Positions 29,691-39,862 of a stretch of 64,000 nt of DNA are shown here, piece after piece; position 1 is the first letter of the stretch; every line of letters starts with the position of its first letter. Both the position numbers and the translations under genes were made by a program. The notes beneath the pieces were generated by a model, which worked only from the letters and a program-made list of their open reading frames with translations, did no database searches and was not told the origin of the DNA. The DNA comes from an uncultured Acidobacteriota bacterium (GTDB lineage: Bacteria; Acidobacteriota; UBA6911): positions 128,001 to 192,000 of the forward strand of contig CAWEJX010000006.1 in the NCBI GenBank assembly GCA_963809485.1. Reading direction: 5' to 3'.

Positions 29691-32600
29691 ATGAAGAAGT
29701 TTCTGATCCTGGCGGTAATGCTCGCTCCCCTTGTTCTCGCAACCCAGGCATTGGGCCAAGCCAATGCTACCCTCAGCGGGACCATTCAGGATGCTACGCA
29801 GGCGGTGTTGCCTGGCGTGACTGTTACGGCAACGAACAACGAAACGGGCGTCAGCAGGACGGCGGTGAGCAATGCTGCTGGAGTATATAACTTTCCCGGC
29901 CTTCAGGTCGGAACCTACAAGGTAAGCGCGGAAATGTCCGGTTTCCAGACACATACGTTTACGGACGTCATCGTCGGGAATGCCGCGCAGGTCCGGCTGA
30001 ATTTCACTCTCCAGGTCCGCAAACTTGAGCAGCAGATTGAGGTTTCCGTCGCGTCCGACAGGCTGCTGCTGGAATCGAGCTCATCGGTCGGCACTGTGCT
30101 TCCCGAAAAGCAGGTGATCGACCTTCCCCTGGTCAACAACAACGTGCTCGACCTTATGAAAGTGATGGGCGGCACCGTAATGACCACTGACGAGATATGG
30201 AACGCAGACGCCACAACCTTTGCAGGCATTAACGCCAGCAACGTAAACCTGCAGCGGGACGGCGTCACGGTCAACGACCTGCGCTGGAACAACGGACTGG
30301 CTTCCAACGTGCGCCTCAATCCCGACCTCATCGGCGAATTCAAGATGGTCCTTGCACCTGTCGACGCGGAAATGGGGCGAGGTGCCGGACAACTGCAACT
30401 GATAACAAAGTCGGGAGCTAATGCCTACCACGGCGCCCTGGTGTGGAACCTCCAGAATACCAAATTGGATTCCAACCAGTGGTGGAACAACCGTCAAGGC
30501 ATTATTCCTGACTGGAGAAACCTCAACGAATGGACGGCGAGCGTCGGCGGCCCGATCGTCAAGAACAAAACGTTCTTTTTCGGGCTCTATGACGGCCAGT
30601 CGGCAAAGCTGAGAAGGTCCGCTAACCGGGTCGTGCTGACCCCCTGTGCGCGGAAAGGCATTTTCCGCTATTTTGATTATTGGGGCAACGGCAACAGGCT
30701 GCAGGAAACAGTTGTGCCCGGCGGATTTGGGACCCCTTACACAACCGTGATTGACGCCAACGGCAACCCGATGATGCCGACCACCAAGCCCGACGGCACT
30801 GCTTTCGACGGCCAGCTTCGCATCGCGCATGCATTCGGCCAGATTGTCCCGGGCTCCGTGGCCGCCAACGATTGTTCCGATTACGATCCTGCCACGGACC
30901 TGATACCGTTCACCGCGTGGGATGCGCTTCGGAGCACGTGGGATACGACCGGCAATGTCAGTCAGTTCCTGACATACGTACCCCAGCCGAACAACTGGGA
31001 TGCCGGCGACGGATTGAACACCGCCGGCTATCGGTATACCGAGCATCTCAACAGCGCGGACAGTGTGTATGGCATCGGCGAGGATCCCCAACGCCAGCAA
31101 TTCACTGTGCGGATCGATCACAACTTCAATCCCAACCACAGGATCAGCGGGATCTGGACCTACGAGTCGGACTGGGCGGACGACAACTTCAAGACCTTGC
31201 CGGAATACTGGGGAGGCCGGTTGGAACGGAAGCCTCAGACCTATTCGGTCAACCTCACATCCACGCTGAAACCAACCCTTCTCAATGAAGCCCGATTCGG
31301 ACTCTCGATTGTGAACACCAACACCTATAATGCCTATGGCAACCCTGAGAACGATGCGAACGAGCTCCTGTCCAAGTTTCCCGTAATCAATGGCACGCCC
31401 GTTATATGGGGTCCGGGACAGGGAGGCGTGACCGGCCGTGTAGATCTCGGCGCTAACCACACCAACCCGTTCGGCAGCAGGGGCAACCTGCCCTATAACT
31501 TCGGCGGCATCGATCACCGGTGGGTGGTCGGCGACACGGTTACATGGACGAAAAACAGGCATTCGTTCAAATGGGGTGGAGAAGTCCGCCTCGGGAGTTC
31601 CGATCAAACGACTGATGGCGGCATGCTGGGATTCTTCAGCGGCGCAGCTTTCAGCTACCCCTACGCAATGGGCGGCTCCACTCAACTGGCCCCGAATTCG
31701 GGAGTGTGGTTCAGCCCGTTCCTTCCCAACATAGCCGGCTACTCTACCTCGCTTTTTGGAGGGGCCGGAAATGTGGCGACCATGGAGAATCTCATAAACT
31801 ATCTCTCCGGTTCGCTGAGCGGGATATCCCAATTCCTGTTTGTCAATTCTCCCAACCAGACGTCCTACAACAATCCCGCCACAGACGACAAATACATGAG
31901 GCGCAAATTCATCATCAATGAGTTTGACCTCTTTGTTAAGGATGACTGGAAAGCCACCGACAACCTCACTCTCAACCTCGGACTGCGCTTCGAATATTAT
32001 GGGGTGCCGTATGTTACCGATGGCCTGACAGCAGGTTTTCTTGGAGGAGGAAACGCGCTGTTCTCGATGTCGGGGCGAACCTTCAACGAGGCTTTCTGGA
32101 ATCCAGGAACGCGCGCTGAATTGTCGCAGCAGGCGTATATCGGGCCGGACTCCGCTAATCCGGATGAGCATCCCTACGAGAGTGACTGGAATAACTTCGG
32201 GCCTGCGGTAGGCTTTGCCTATCAGCTTCCATTCTGGGGCAAGGGCAAAACCACAATACGCGGCGGGTATCAGATGAGCTACATGCCGATTTCGCGGCTC
32301 GATTCGCAGTTCGGGGCGTCAGGCGTCATCGGCAACGTGCCGGGTACCTATTACCCCAATACGTTTAGCGGAAACAGCACGAACGCCTTCCTCAGTATGG
32401 CAAACGTTTCCAACTACATCCCCGTCCCTGTATATGCGGGATATGAAGCCGGAATGAAGATGATCCCCGTTTCACAGCGGGCTCGTACGGTATCGGTGTA
32501 TGACCCCAATTTCAGAAATCCGTACGCTCAGACACTCACCTTGGCCGTAACCCGAAATATCACCTCGAATCTGACGATCGACGTCAAATACATCGGGACG

Positions 32601-33992
32601 CTGAGCCGCAAGTCGCCCGGACAACAGAACCTGAATGCGGCAAACTTTCTCAAGAACGGGCTGAAGGATGCGTTCGATGCCGCCCGGAGAGGCGAGGACA
32701 ACGTTCCCTTGCTGGATCAGATGCTGCAGGGCATAAACCTGGTGGCAGATCAATTCCCCTTCCAAAACTCGCATGGACCTGTAGGAACGATGGCTGGCGG
32801 CGTTTTGCAGACCGGAGCGATGCATTTGCGCGCATCCACGTCTACTCAGGCAAACCTTGCCAACGGGGACTACGCGGCACTTGCCAACACTCTGGCCACC
32901 TTGAACTACAGCAAGCAACAGTTCTTCCCCGGCGCCTATATGTATCCGGGCAACCAGAATCTTCCCGACATTCCCGATGGCGCAAACGGCGGCGTGCTCC
33001 GGTACAATAATTTCCCGGAGAATTTCATATACACGTCTCCGCAATTCAGCGCCGTGAACTACAGCGGAAACTTCAACCACGCCAACTATCACTCCATGCA
33101 GGCCCAGATAACGCTGCGGCCGACACACGGCCTCAGCGTCGTGGGAACATACACGTGGGCCAAAAACCTGGGCGTCAGCGGAGGGATTACTGACCCGCTT
33201 GACAGGGCGGCTGACTACACCCTATTGAGCGGCAGCCGTGCCCACACATTCATTGCCTATGGCTCGTACGATTTACCATTCGGTCCAAACAAGATGCTGT
33301 TCAGCGGGAGTTCCGGCGCCTTGGCGAGGATCGTTGAGGGCTGGCAGCTGAGCTGGATCTATAACTACTCCACCGGAAGTCCCCTGAGTGTCAATGCTCG
33401 AAGCGGGTTATACGGCAACGGCGTCCCGGACCTCGTCGATCCGTCCTTTGACACCAAATCCGCCCAATTGACCTGGTCGGCCAATGCGCCGTCGGGCAGC
33501 CTGTTCGGGATTGAAGGCGAGAATGTCACAGATTCCGTCTACGCAAAAAAAAGAGATCCGCAATGTGCCAACGTTACTGCGAAAGACGGCTTGAATGGGC
33601 AATGCACCCTTAATGCAATTGTTTTGGCCAGCGATCCCACTCACGTTATTTTCCAGAACCCGCAGCCCGGACAGCGAGGCAGCTTCGGGCGGAACAACCT
33701 TACGGGCCTGGGAATGTGGAGTGCTGACATAGCAATGAGCAAAAGGGTTCAGATTACGGAGAGCAAGAGCATCCAGGTTCGCGTGGATGCAAAAAACATA
33801 TTCAACCACCCCATGGCATCCTACGGCCAATTCAACTCGGGTGTCCGGATCGTGGTGCCGGGCGACGCATGGATGAACATGAACCCGACCTTCGACATGT
33901 CCACCTTTACCATGGCAGACTGGAACATCGGCTACTTCGACAGAAAAGTCGGGAACCGGACGTTCCAGGCCAAGATCCGATTAGATTTTTAG
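29691..33992 (+). CDS. TonB-dependent receptor, Oar-like (paralog of 24769-29007)
   Basis: Same architecture and long shared blocks (RLLLESSSSVG, LPLVNNNVLDL, VLTPCARKGIFR, KVG.RTFQAK.R.DF). ATG 29691 follows AGGAGG. Confidence 0.92.
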   Translation: MKKFLILAVMLAPLVLATQALGQANATLSGTIQDATQAVLPGVTVTATNNETGVSRTAVSNAAGVYNFPGLQVGTYKVSAEMSGFQTHTFTDVIVGNAAQVRLNFTLQVRKLEQQIEVSVASDRLLLESSSSVGTVLPEKQVIDLPLVNNNVLDLMKVMGGTVMTTDEIWNADATTFAGINASNVNLQRDGVTVNDLRWNNGLASNVRLNPDLIGEFKMVLAPVDAEMGRGAGQLQLITKSGANAYHGALVWNLQNTKLDSNQWWNNRQGIIPDWRNLNEWTASVGGPIVKNKTFFFGLYDGQSAKLRRSANRVVLTPCARKGIFRYFDYWGNGNRLQETVVPGGFGTPYTTVIDANGNPMMPTTKPDGTAFDGQLRIAHAFGQIVPGSVAANDCSDYDPATDLIPFTAWDALRSTWDTTGNVSQFLTYVPQPNNWDAGDGLNTAGYRYTEHLNSADSVYGIGEDPQRQQFTVRIDHNFNPNHRISGIWTYESDWADDNFKTLPEYWGGRLERKPQTYSVNLTSTLKPTLLNEARFGLSIVNTNTYNAYGNPENDANELLSKFPVINGTPVIWGPGQGGVTGRVDLGANHTNPFGSRGNLPYNFGGIDHRWVVGDTVTWTKNRHSFKWGGEVRLGSSDQTTDGGMLGFFSGAAFSYPYAMGGSTQLAPNSGVWFSPFLPNIAGYSTSLFGGAGNVATMENLINYLSGSLSGISQFLFVNSPNQTSYNNPATDDKYMRRKFIINEFDLFVKDDWKATDNLTLNLGLRFEYYGVPYVTDGLTAGFLGGGNALFSMSGRTFNEAFWNPGTRAELSQQAYIGPDSANPDEHPYESDWNNFGPAVGFAYQLPFWGKGKTTIRGGYQMSYMPISRLDSQFGASGVIGNVPGTYYPNTFSGNSTNAFLSMANVSNYIPVPVYAGYEAGMKMIPVSQRARTVSVYDPNFRNPYAQTLTLAVTRNITSNLTIDVKYIGTLSRKSPGQQNLNAANFLKNGLKDAFDAARRGEDNVPLLDQMLQGINLVADQFPFQNSHGPVGTMAGGVLQTGAMHLRASTSTQANLANGDYAALANTLATLNYSKQQFFPGAYMYPGNQNLPDIPDGANGGVLRYNNFPENFIYTSPQFSAVNYSGNFNHANYHSMQAQITLRPTHGLSVVGTYTWAKNLGVSGGITDPLDRAADYTLLSGSRAHTFIAYGSYDLPFGPNKMLFSGSSGALARIVEGWQLSWIYNYSTGSPLSVNARSGLYGNGVPDLVDPSFDTKSAQLTWSANAPSGSLFGIEGENVTDSVYAKKRDPQCANVTAKDGLNGQCTLNAIVLASDPTHVIFQNPQPGQRGSFGRNNLTGLGMWSADIAMSKRVQITESKSIQVRVDAKNIFNHPMASYGQFNSGVRIVVPGDAWMNMNPTFDMSTFTMADWNIGYFDRKVGNRTFQAKIRLDF

Positions 33993-34015
33993 ATCGGTTA
34001 ACCTGATTGCCAGCC

Positions 34016-34101
34016 AAGAGACTCCCCTGAGTTCTAGGGGAATCTCTTCTGGAAACAAAAAACGCCACGAATTATGCAGCGTAATTCGTGGCGCTTTTTT
34101 T
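34016..34101. terminator. Two hairpins between convergent genes; the second is a bidirectional terminator
   Basis: aagagactcccct..aggggaatctctt, then aaaaaacgccacgaatta..taattcgtggcgcttttttt. Confidence 0.75.
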
Positions 34102-34111
34102 CGATGCAGTG

Positions 34112-34888
34112 TTAGAACTCGGTTTTCCCCCCGATGGTCATCTTTTGCACTTTGAATTCCATGAAAGCTCTTCCGTCGCCCATCGTGTCGACGATCGGGT
34201 AGGCGAATTCCAGTTTAAGCGATTTGTCGTCCGGACCCAGGATAGGCTTTCCATCATACTGGCGTGGGAAAATGAACTGAAACTCGTGCTGGCCGCCCTG
34301 CGCGACGGCATACTGAGCAAGGGGAACCCTGACGCCCTTCGAGCTGATCAGATAAACGGAGTTTTTCAGCGTATCCGTCGTCCGGGATTGCCAATGGCGC
34401 GCCAGTTCCAGCTCATTTGTCTGGGAATTGGCCATATATGTCACGTGAACAACTATGGCATCCGGCGAACCGGCTGACAAAAACTCTTCAGCTCTCTTGT
34501 CGAGTTCCTGCTTCAACTCGGGAGATATACTGTCGTATTTTTGCGCGATCTGCATCTGGCGAACAATAGCCTGCCGGATCGGCGCCGCCGTTCGGAACTG
34601 AGCCTGGTATTTGACATAGGGCTGCTGCCCGCTGCCCATGGTGGCGTTTGCCGCGGTCTCCTGTGCCATGATCTCCACCTTGGTAAGCGTCAGAGTCTTG
34701 GCCCACGGCGAATCCTCGAGCATCTTGGCGCAGTCCTTCTGAGACCATTCCTTATATTGCTTTTTTTCCCAGAAATCGGCTCCAAGACACACCGCTGCGC
34801 CGGCAGTCAGCAACAGGCAAATGCCCAGAATTCTTTGCATTGCCGTCCCATTCAAAATTGCTGGAATCGATTTAAATAAATGTTTCAT
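34112..34888 (-). CDS. Secreted hypothetical protein
   Basis: Signal-like segment, then DFWEKK.YKEWS.KDC.KML.DSPWAK. GGAGAGG RBS. The start could also be the downstream MQRILG. Confidence 0.75.
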   Translation of the reverse strand: MKHLFKSIPAILNGTAMQRILGICLLLTAGAAVCLGADFWEKKQYKEWSQKDCAKMLEDSPWAKTLTLTKVEIMAQETAANATMGSGQQPYVKYQAQFRTAAPIRQAIVRQMQIAQKYDSISPELKQELDKRAEEFLSAGSPDAIVVHVTYMANSQTNELELARHWQSRTTDTLKNSVYLISSKGVRVPLAQYAVAQGGQHEFQFIFPRQYDGKPILGPDDKSLKLEFAYPIVDTMGDGRAFMEFKVQKMTIGGKTEF

Positions 34889-35082
34889 TTCCTCTCCCTG
34901 ATTCATTGCTTTAGTGTAAATGAGACGCATTTAATATAAATGTTACACGACTTATTAAATTTTTCACTATCCCGCACAAGAAAAAAGTTCTCCTCCAGGT
35001 TCCAGTGAGGACAGTGCTCCGGAGACCCGTCCCAACCACCAAGGAAAGGGGGAAAATTTGGTGCCGCTGCCGGACAAGAAAA

Positions 35083-36438
35083 TCAAAGGCCGTATTTCTG
35101 CATTTTTTCACGCAGCGTCTTGCGGTTGATTCCCAGGTATTCCGCCGCTTTCGTTTTATTGCCGTGAAACTGATTGAGCACACTCAGGATTTCGTTGCGT
35201 TCGAGGCGGGCAAGGCTGCCTCCGGCCGGCCTGCCGGATCGGGAAAAATCCGCCGGCCCGTAAGGCAGGTCTCTCATACCGATGGTTTTGCCTTCACAAG
35301 TCACGACAGCGAACTCCAGCGCATTGATCAGCTCGCGGACGTTGCCCGGCCATTCGCACCGTATCAGGAAACGCATCGCTTCGTCCGAAATGCCGAGCGC
35401 CGCGCGTTGTTTTTCAGCCGCGATTTTCTTGAGGTAATAATCGGCCAGAGCCGGTATGTCCTCGAGCCGCTCGCGCAGAGGCGGAACCGGAATGCGGATT
35501 ACATTCAGCCGGTAAAAGAGATCTTCGCGAAATCTGCCCTCGCGCAGAGCCTGTTCGAGGTCGCGGTTGGTGGCGGAAATGATGCGTACATCGATCTTCC
35601 GCCTGTGGGGGCTCCCTACCTTCGAGATTTCACGCTCCTGGACTGCGCGCAGCAGTTTCGCCTGCATATTGATGCTGATATTGGCGATTTCGTCGAGGAA
35701 TAGACTTCCTCCCTCAGCGAGCTCGATCTTTCCGGTGGCGTTTTCCACGGCGCCTGAGAAGGCACCCCTGACATGCCCGAACAGCTCGCTTTCGAAAAGG
35801 CTCTCGACCAGCGTTCCGCAATCGACCGTCACGAATCGCTTATCGGATCGGCGGCTCAGCCTGTGGATTGCCCGCGCCACCACTTCCTTGCCGACGCCCG
35901 TTTCACCGGTGATCAATACGGTGGAATCGACGGGCGCCGCCTTTTGGATGAGCCGCAGGACGCGGTTCATGGATTCGGACCGGCCGATAAGGACCTCGGA
36001 CAGCATCTTTCTCTCGAGCCCCTGACCGATGCAGGCATTCTCGAGCGCCATCCTTGCTGCATACCCGGCCTTCTCCACGAGCTCCATCAGACCTTCGGGC
36101 GTGAATGGTTTGGGAAGGTAGTCATAGGCTCCCAGTCTGACGGACTCCACAGCCGAATCGATCGTGGCTTCGCCGCTCATGACGATTACGGCCGTGTTCG
36201 GAGAATCCTGCCTGAGCCTCCTCAAAACCTCCATCCCGGACAAGCCCGGAACCGCAAGATCCAGCAAGGCAACATCAAACGATTCCTGGCGGGCCTTCAA
36301 CACCGCCTGTTCGCCGTTTTCTGCCAAAGCAAAGCTGAAACCGCCGGATTCGAGCGCGCGGCAGCAGTCGATGCGCTGGGATTCCTCTCCGTTGACGACG
36401 AGAACCTTGCCCCGCTGCAGCTGCCCGTTCTTCACCAT
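35083..36438 (-). CDS. Sigma-54-dependent response regulator (NtrC family)
   Basis: Receiver domain, GETGVGKE, ESELFGH..GAFSGA, FLDEI, FREDLFYRLNV, WPGNVREL and a Fis-type HTH. Confidence 0.94.
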   Translation of the reverse strand: MVKNGQLQRGKVLVVNGEESQRIDCCRALESGGFSFALAENGEQAVLKARQESFDVALLDLAVPGLSGMEVLRRLRQDSPNTAVIVMSGEATIDSAVESVRLGAYDYLPKPFTPEGLMELVEKAGYAARMALENACIGQGLERKMLSEVLIGRSESMNRVLRLIQKAAPVDSTVLITGETGVGKEVVARAIHRLSRRSDKRFVTVDCGTLVESLFESELFGHVRGAFSGAVENATGKIELAEGGSLFLDEIANISINMQAKLLRAVQEREISKVGSPHRRKIDVRIISATNRDLEQALREGRFREDLFYRLNVIRIPVPPLRERLEDIPALADYYLKKIAAEKQRAALGISDEAMRFLIRCEWPGNVRELINALEFAVVTCEGKTIGMRDLPYGPADFSRSGRPAGGSLARLERNEILSVLNQFHGNKTKAAEYLGINRKTLREKMQKYGL

Positions 36439-36462
36439 TTTTGATCGTCAATCGTCAATTGT

Positions 36463-36960
36463 TTACACCCGGACGTACTTTTCGCCTTTTATGCCGCAGA
36501 CCGGGCAGGCCGCAGGCGGCGCTCCAATCTCGATGTGGCCACATATGGGGCAGAGATAGACATTGGATTCGGCCAGATCCTTTCCCTGCGCGACAGCTTC
36601 AAGCGCTTTCTTATAGAGCTGAGCGTGGACCTCCTCAACCAGTTTGGCAAAGGCCAGCATACGCTTGCCCTTGTGATTTTCCGCCTGGGCGGCCTCGACC
36701 ATGGGAGGGTACATGACCGTATATTCGTGCGTTTCACCCTCGATCGCCGCGCGCAGGTTGTCGGCCGTAGACTTGATGCCGTCCATGGCGCTCAGGTGCG
36801 CCGCAGCATGAATGGCCTCGGCTTCCGCCGCTGTCCGGAACAGGCGGGCAACATTGACAAATCCCTCCTGTTCTGCCTTTTTGGCAAACGCCATATATTT
36901 GCGATTGGCCTGGCTTTCGCCGGCGTAAGCTTCCTTCAGATTGGCCTCAGTCTTCGACAC
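36463..36960 (-). CDS. rbr: Rubrerythrin
   Basis: AGESQANRKY, EAIHA, E..EY..MYP, EEVH and a C-terminal CPICGH...CPVCG. GTG start after AAGGAGG. Confidence 0.93.
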   Translation of the reverse strand: MSKTEANLKEAYAGESQANRKYMAFAKKAEQEGFVNVARLFRTAAEAEAIHAAAHLSAMDGIKSTADNLRAAIEGETHEYTVMYPPMVEAAQAENHKGKRMLAFAKLVEEVHAQLYKKALEAVAQGKDLAESNVYLCPICGHIEIGAPPAACPVCGIKGEKYVRV

Positions 36961-36999
36961 GATTCCTCCTTTCAATATCCGCTGACCCTAAATTCGTAA

Positions 37000-38154
37000 T
37001 TACATTGGAGCCGTCATTTTTCGGTCGTTCGTTATATAAAAGAAGTACCTCACATCGTCGAACAATCGGTTTTCGCCCTTTTCGACAGTGAGATTTTTCC
37101 GGACGACGACCATCCGGTACGTCTTGTTGCAATGGGCGGGACGGTAATCGAATTCCGCGACGTGTTCGCTCTGGAGGCGGATGTTTTTGAACTCCCTTTC
37201 TTTGACTACTTTTTCCTTAACGTTTTCCGGTCGATCCCGCCCTTCCGTTTTCACCTTGTAGCGCGCAGGCCGTTGGAGCGGCTTCCAGAGGCTCTTGGGC
37301 AGGGCATCTGCCATCGCGATAAGATTCGGCTTGGCATCATAACCAAAGACAAATCCGACTCTTTCATCCCAACGATCAAAGTTGTGGGTGAGAGAAAAAT
37401 CGGTATCTCCCCGGAGCCATACTTTTTTGAAAACCGGAGTGACCCGATCGATCGCCAGATCCATCCATTCGGCCGCTCCATCAGAGGAGGGACGGCTGCC
37501 CGGTCGGTTCACCAGATAGAGCACCTCATTGGTATTGGCCAGCGTCACGATCAGCGGCGCGTATCCCCAGATCCCGTTATAGGCAATGTCCATCCCCTCC
37601 TTGCATTCGCCCGTGGTCCCGGCAATGGTGCCGTCGACATCGATAATGGCTTCTTTGCGGAACGAAGACTCCTGCATCTCCCAGACCTTCGCTCTCGTTT
37701 CGTTGATCGTTTCTTGCAGAGCCAAGATCCAGGTCTCATCCTCAAAACGGCGCAGAAAATCTCCGGCCGTTGTCGGATCCGGGATCCTTTCGGCGTCCAG
37801 CGCATTCATATAGGTTTCATCGTTGCGCAGTCGCTCGATGTCTTCCAAGCAGGTGCCGCCGGTGAGGACGTTGTAGGCGATATTCAGAACATGGTCCGAT
37901 TCCCAGTAAGGGACATGGACCTTCAGCAGCACGATGTTTTTGTTGATTGCCCTGTCCAATCCCAGTTTACACACCAGTTTGTGCAGGGCGCCGATTCCAC
38001 CGAAACCGATGGCCCGGCTTCTTTCTGCGATCTGGTAGCGGATGTTGGAATCCTTGAACATGGAATCGGGCTGATCATCGTACTGTTTTCTTACCAGCCG
38101 CGTCTCCAGATTTTGCTTGTCACGGAGGTAGATTTTGTGGTCTCTTTTATTCAC
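37000..38154 (-). pseudogene. IS1380 transposase, C-terminally truncated
   Basis: IPDPTTAGDFLRRF, IIDVDGT, GYAPL, LRGDTDF and YFFYITN motifs. It then stops before the expected R..EN catalytic-Glu helix. GTG start after AAGGAG. Confidence 0.8.
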
Positions 38155-38270
38155 CTGAAATGTGCTCCTTTTGGTTGTATTGGTTACTTGCAAGTTCCTA
38201 TTATAACCAATAGCGATGCACATTTCAGGACTATTTTCAAGTTTTCTCAACAAATCACGCTGGCTTAAGG
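37000..38270 (-). mobile_element. IS1380-family element, right end deleted
   Basis: Left terminus CCTTAAGCCAGCGTG (38270 downward) followed by an IS1380-type transposase. No matching right IR is seen. Confidence 0.8.
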
Positions 38271-38336
38271 ACTAGTCCAACCGCTTTGAGCGGTTCCAAT
38301 CTTTCAAGCCTCCGGCTTTGCCGGAGGTACCTGACT
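38271..38336 (+). mobile_element. IS200-like non-autonomous element, right end only
   Basis: ccaaccgctttgagcggttccaatctttcaagcctccggctttgccggaggtacctgact. Confidence 0.78.
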
Positions 38337-38352
38337 CGTCATTCGTAACTCG

Positions 38353-39462
38353 TCATTTTAACAGCCTGTCCGGCGCCATAACGGCAGCCGCCGGCTGGCT
38401 GCTATTTCCTTCAACAATCCAATCGGCTGCCAGGTTTCCGATGAAAGGAGCACAGGTTATTCCGTGTCCGCCCAGGCCCGCAACCCAGAATAGCCCTTGC
38501 AGGCGCGGGTCTCTGCCGATCACGAACATTTCGTCGGGTGCAAACGTGCGCATCCCGGCCCAGGCCCTTGCAACCCGCGCATCCGCCAGAGTAGGCAGCC
38601 ATCGGGCTGCCTTGGCGGCGATGCGCTCCAGCTCCTCGTTATCGGTGTTTTCTCCCTGGGCTACGACAACTTTGACTGCATCGCAGCCGCTCATCAGCAA
38701 CCCGCCGCTCTCCGGCCGGAAATAAAACTCATCCCCCACCACCCAGATAACGGGCCACCGCGGATTTACCTGATCCAGGGGTTCAGTGATGAGCAGGTGC
38801 CGCCGGTGCGGCGTGAACGGCAAGGAATAGCCGCTGAACGTGTCCGACAGGGATGCCCAGCCCCCGTTGGCGACAACAACCTTCGAGGCTTCCACAAATC
38901 CGTCGCTGGTTTCCACTCCAATGACCCGGCCGTCGCGTGTCTTGAGTTGCCTGAATTCGCAGTTGAAGCGCAATTGCGCACCATTGCTGCAGGCGCCGCG
39001 AATGAACGCCTGCAGGATGGCATGGACATCGAGAACGCCGTCGTCAGGCTTGAAAGCGGTGGAAACAAGCCCCGGTCCCAGCACGGGAATCCTCTGGTAA
39101 ACCTTCTCCGCGTCACCCCGTTCCAGCACAGCCTCGGGATTGGCGTCACACCATGCTTTCAGCGTTTGGGCGTGCTCGGCGCGCGCGGTCAGGCAGACTC
39201 CTATGGGATCCACGAGTGGCTCGGACGCAAAACCTTCGGGAGGATGATAGTAAAATTCCGCACACTGGCGGGCAATCCGGTTCAGCAGCGGATTGGGGAT
39301 CATGGTCCGCAAAATCGCGGCATTGCGCCCGGTCGATTGGGCACCGGCTATCTTTCCCTTTTCCAGCAGAACGATATTGCTTAATCCCCTGCGCGCCACG
39401 AAATATGCGGTAGATGCCCCGGCCATGCCGGCGCCGATCACGACAACTCGATCATCACTCAT
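38353..39462 (-). CDS. FAD-dependent oxidoreductase (DAO/sarcosine oxidase beta-like)
   Basis: VVIGAGMAG, STGRNA, YFRPE.GG, WAGMRTF.PD and GGHG motifs. Confidence 0.9.
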   Translation of the reverse strand: MSDDRVVVIGAGMAGASTAYFVARRGLSNIVLLEKGKIAGAQSTGRNAAILRTMIPNPLLNRIARQCAEFYYHPPEGFASEPLVDPIGVCLTARAEHAQTLKAWCDANPEAVLERGDAEKVYQRIPVLGPGLVSTAFKPDDGVLDVHAILQAFIRGACSNGAQLRFNCEFRQLKTRDGRVIGVETSDGFVEASKVVVANGGWASLSDTFSGYSLPFTPHRRHLLITEPLDQVNPRWPVIWVVGDEFYFRPESGGLLMSGCDAVKVVVAQGENTDNEELERIAAKAARWLPTLADARVARAWAGMRTFAPDEMFVIGRDPRLQGLFWVAGLGGHGITCAPFIGNLAADWIVEGNSSQPAAAVMAPDRLLK

Positions 39463-39559
39463 AGGAAGCAACCTTTCAATGTTCCTGTCAGGGCGCAGCG
39501 CTAGCCTGCGGCCATATGAAGCCGGCATGATACCACCGGCAGCAGAAGAGTCCAACTGC

Positions 39560-39800
39560 GATCAAAAAGGGAACGAGGATCAGAGGGGTCGAGGATCAGA
39601 GGGATCGAGGATCAGAGGATCAAAGGATCAAAGGGATCTGAGGGATCGAGGATTTAAGTATCAAAGAGCAAAGGGGGCGAGGATCAAAGCGGCAAACAGA
39701 TGATTGGTGACAGGGAGTGCCCTATATCCAACCTGATCCCTATACCCCTCTGTCCACTCAATCCCATATTTTTTTAACCCTCTGATCCTCTGACCCCGTT
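39560..39800. repeat. Low-complexity inverted array of GAGGATC(A)-type repeats
   Basis: Many gaggatca/gggatc units at 39576-39690. Complementary ccctctgatcctctgacccc units lie at about 39730-39800. Confidence 0.7.
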
Positions 39801-39862
39801 CCCCCAGCATCCTGATAGCAGCCCCACCCGAGGCGCAGCCCAATATCCTGTATAATGAAAAA

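Noticed and set aside
27130-32171. Long antisense ORFs (27130-28854 and 30081-32171; similarly 44937-46904, 10257-11609, 7171-8541)
   Set aside because: Shadow frames of well-supported genes in GC-rich DNA, with no recognisable motifs.
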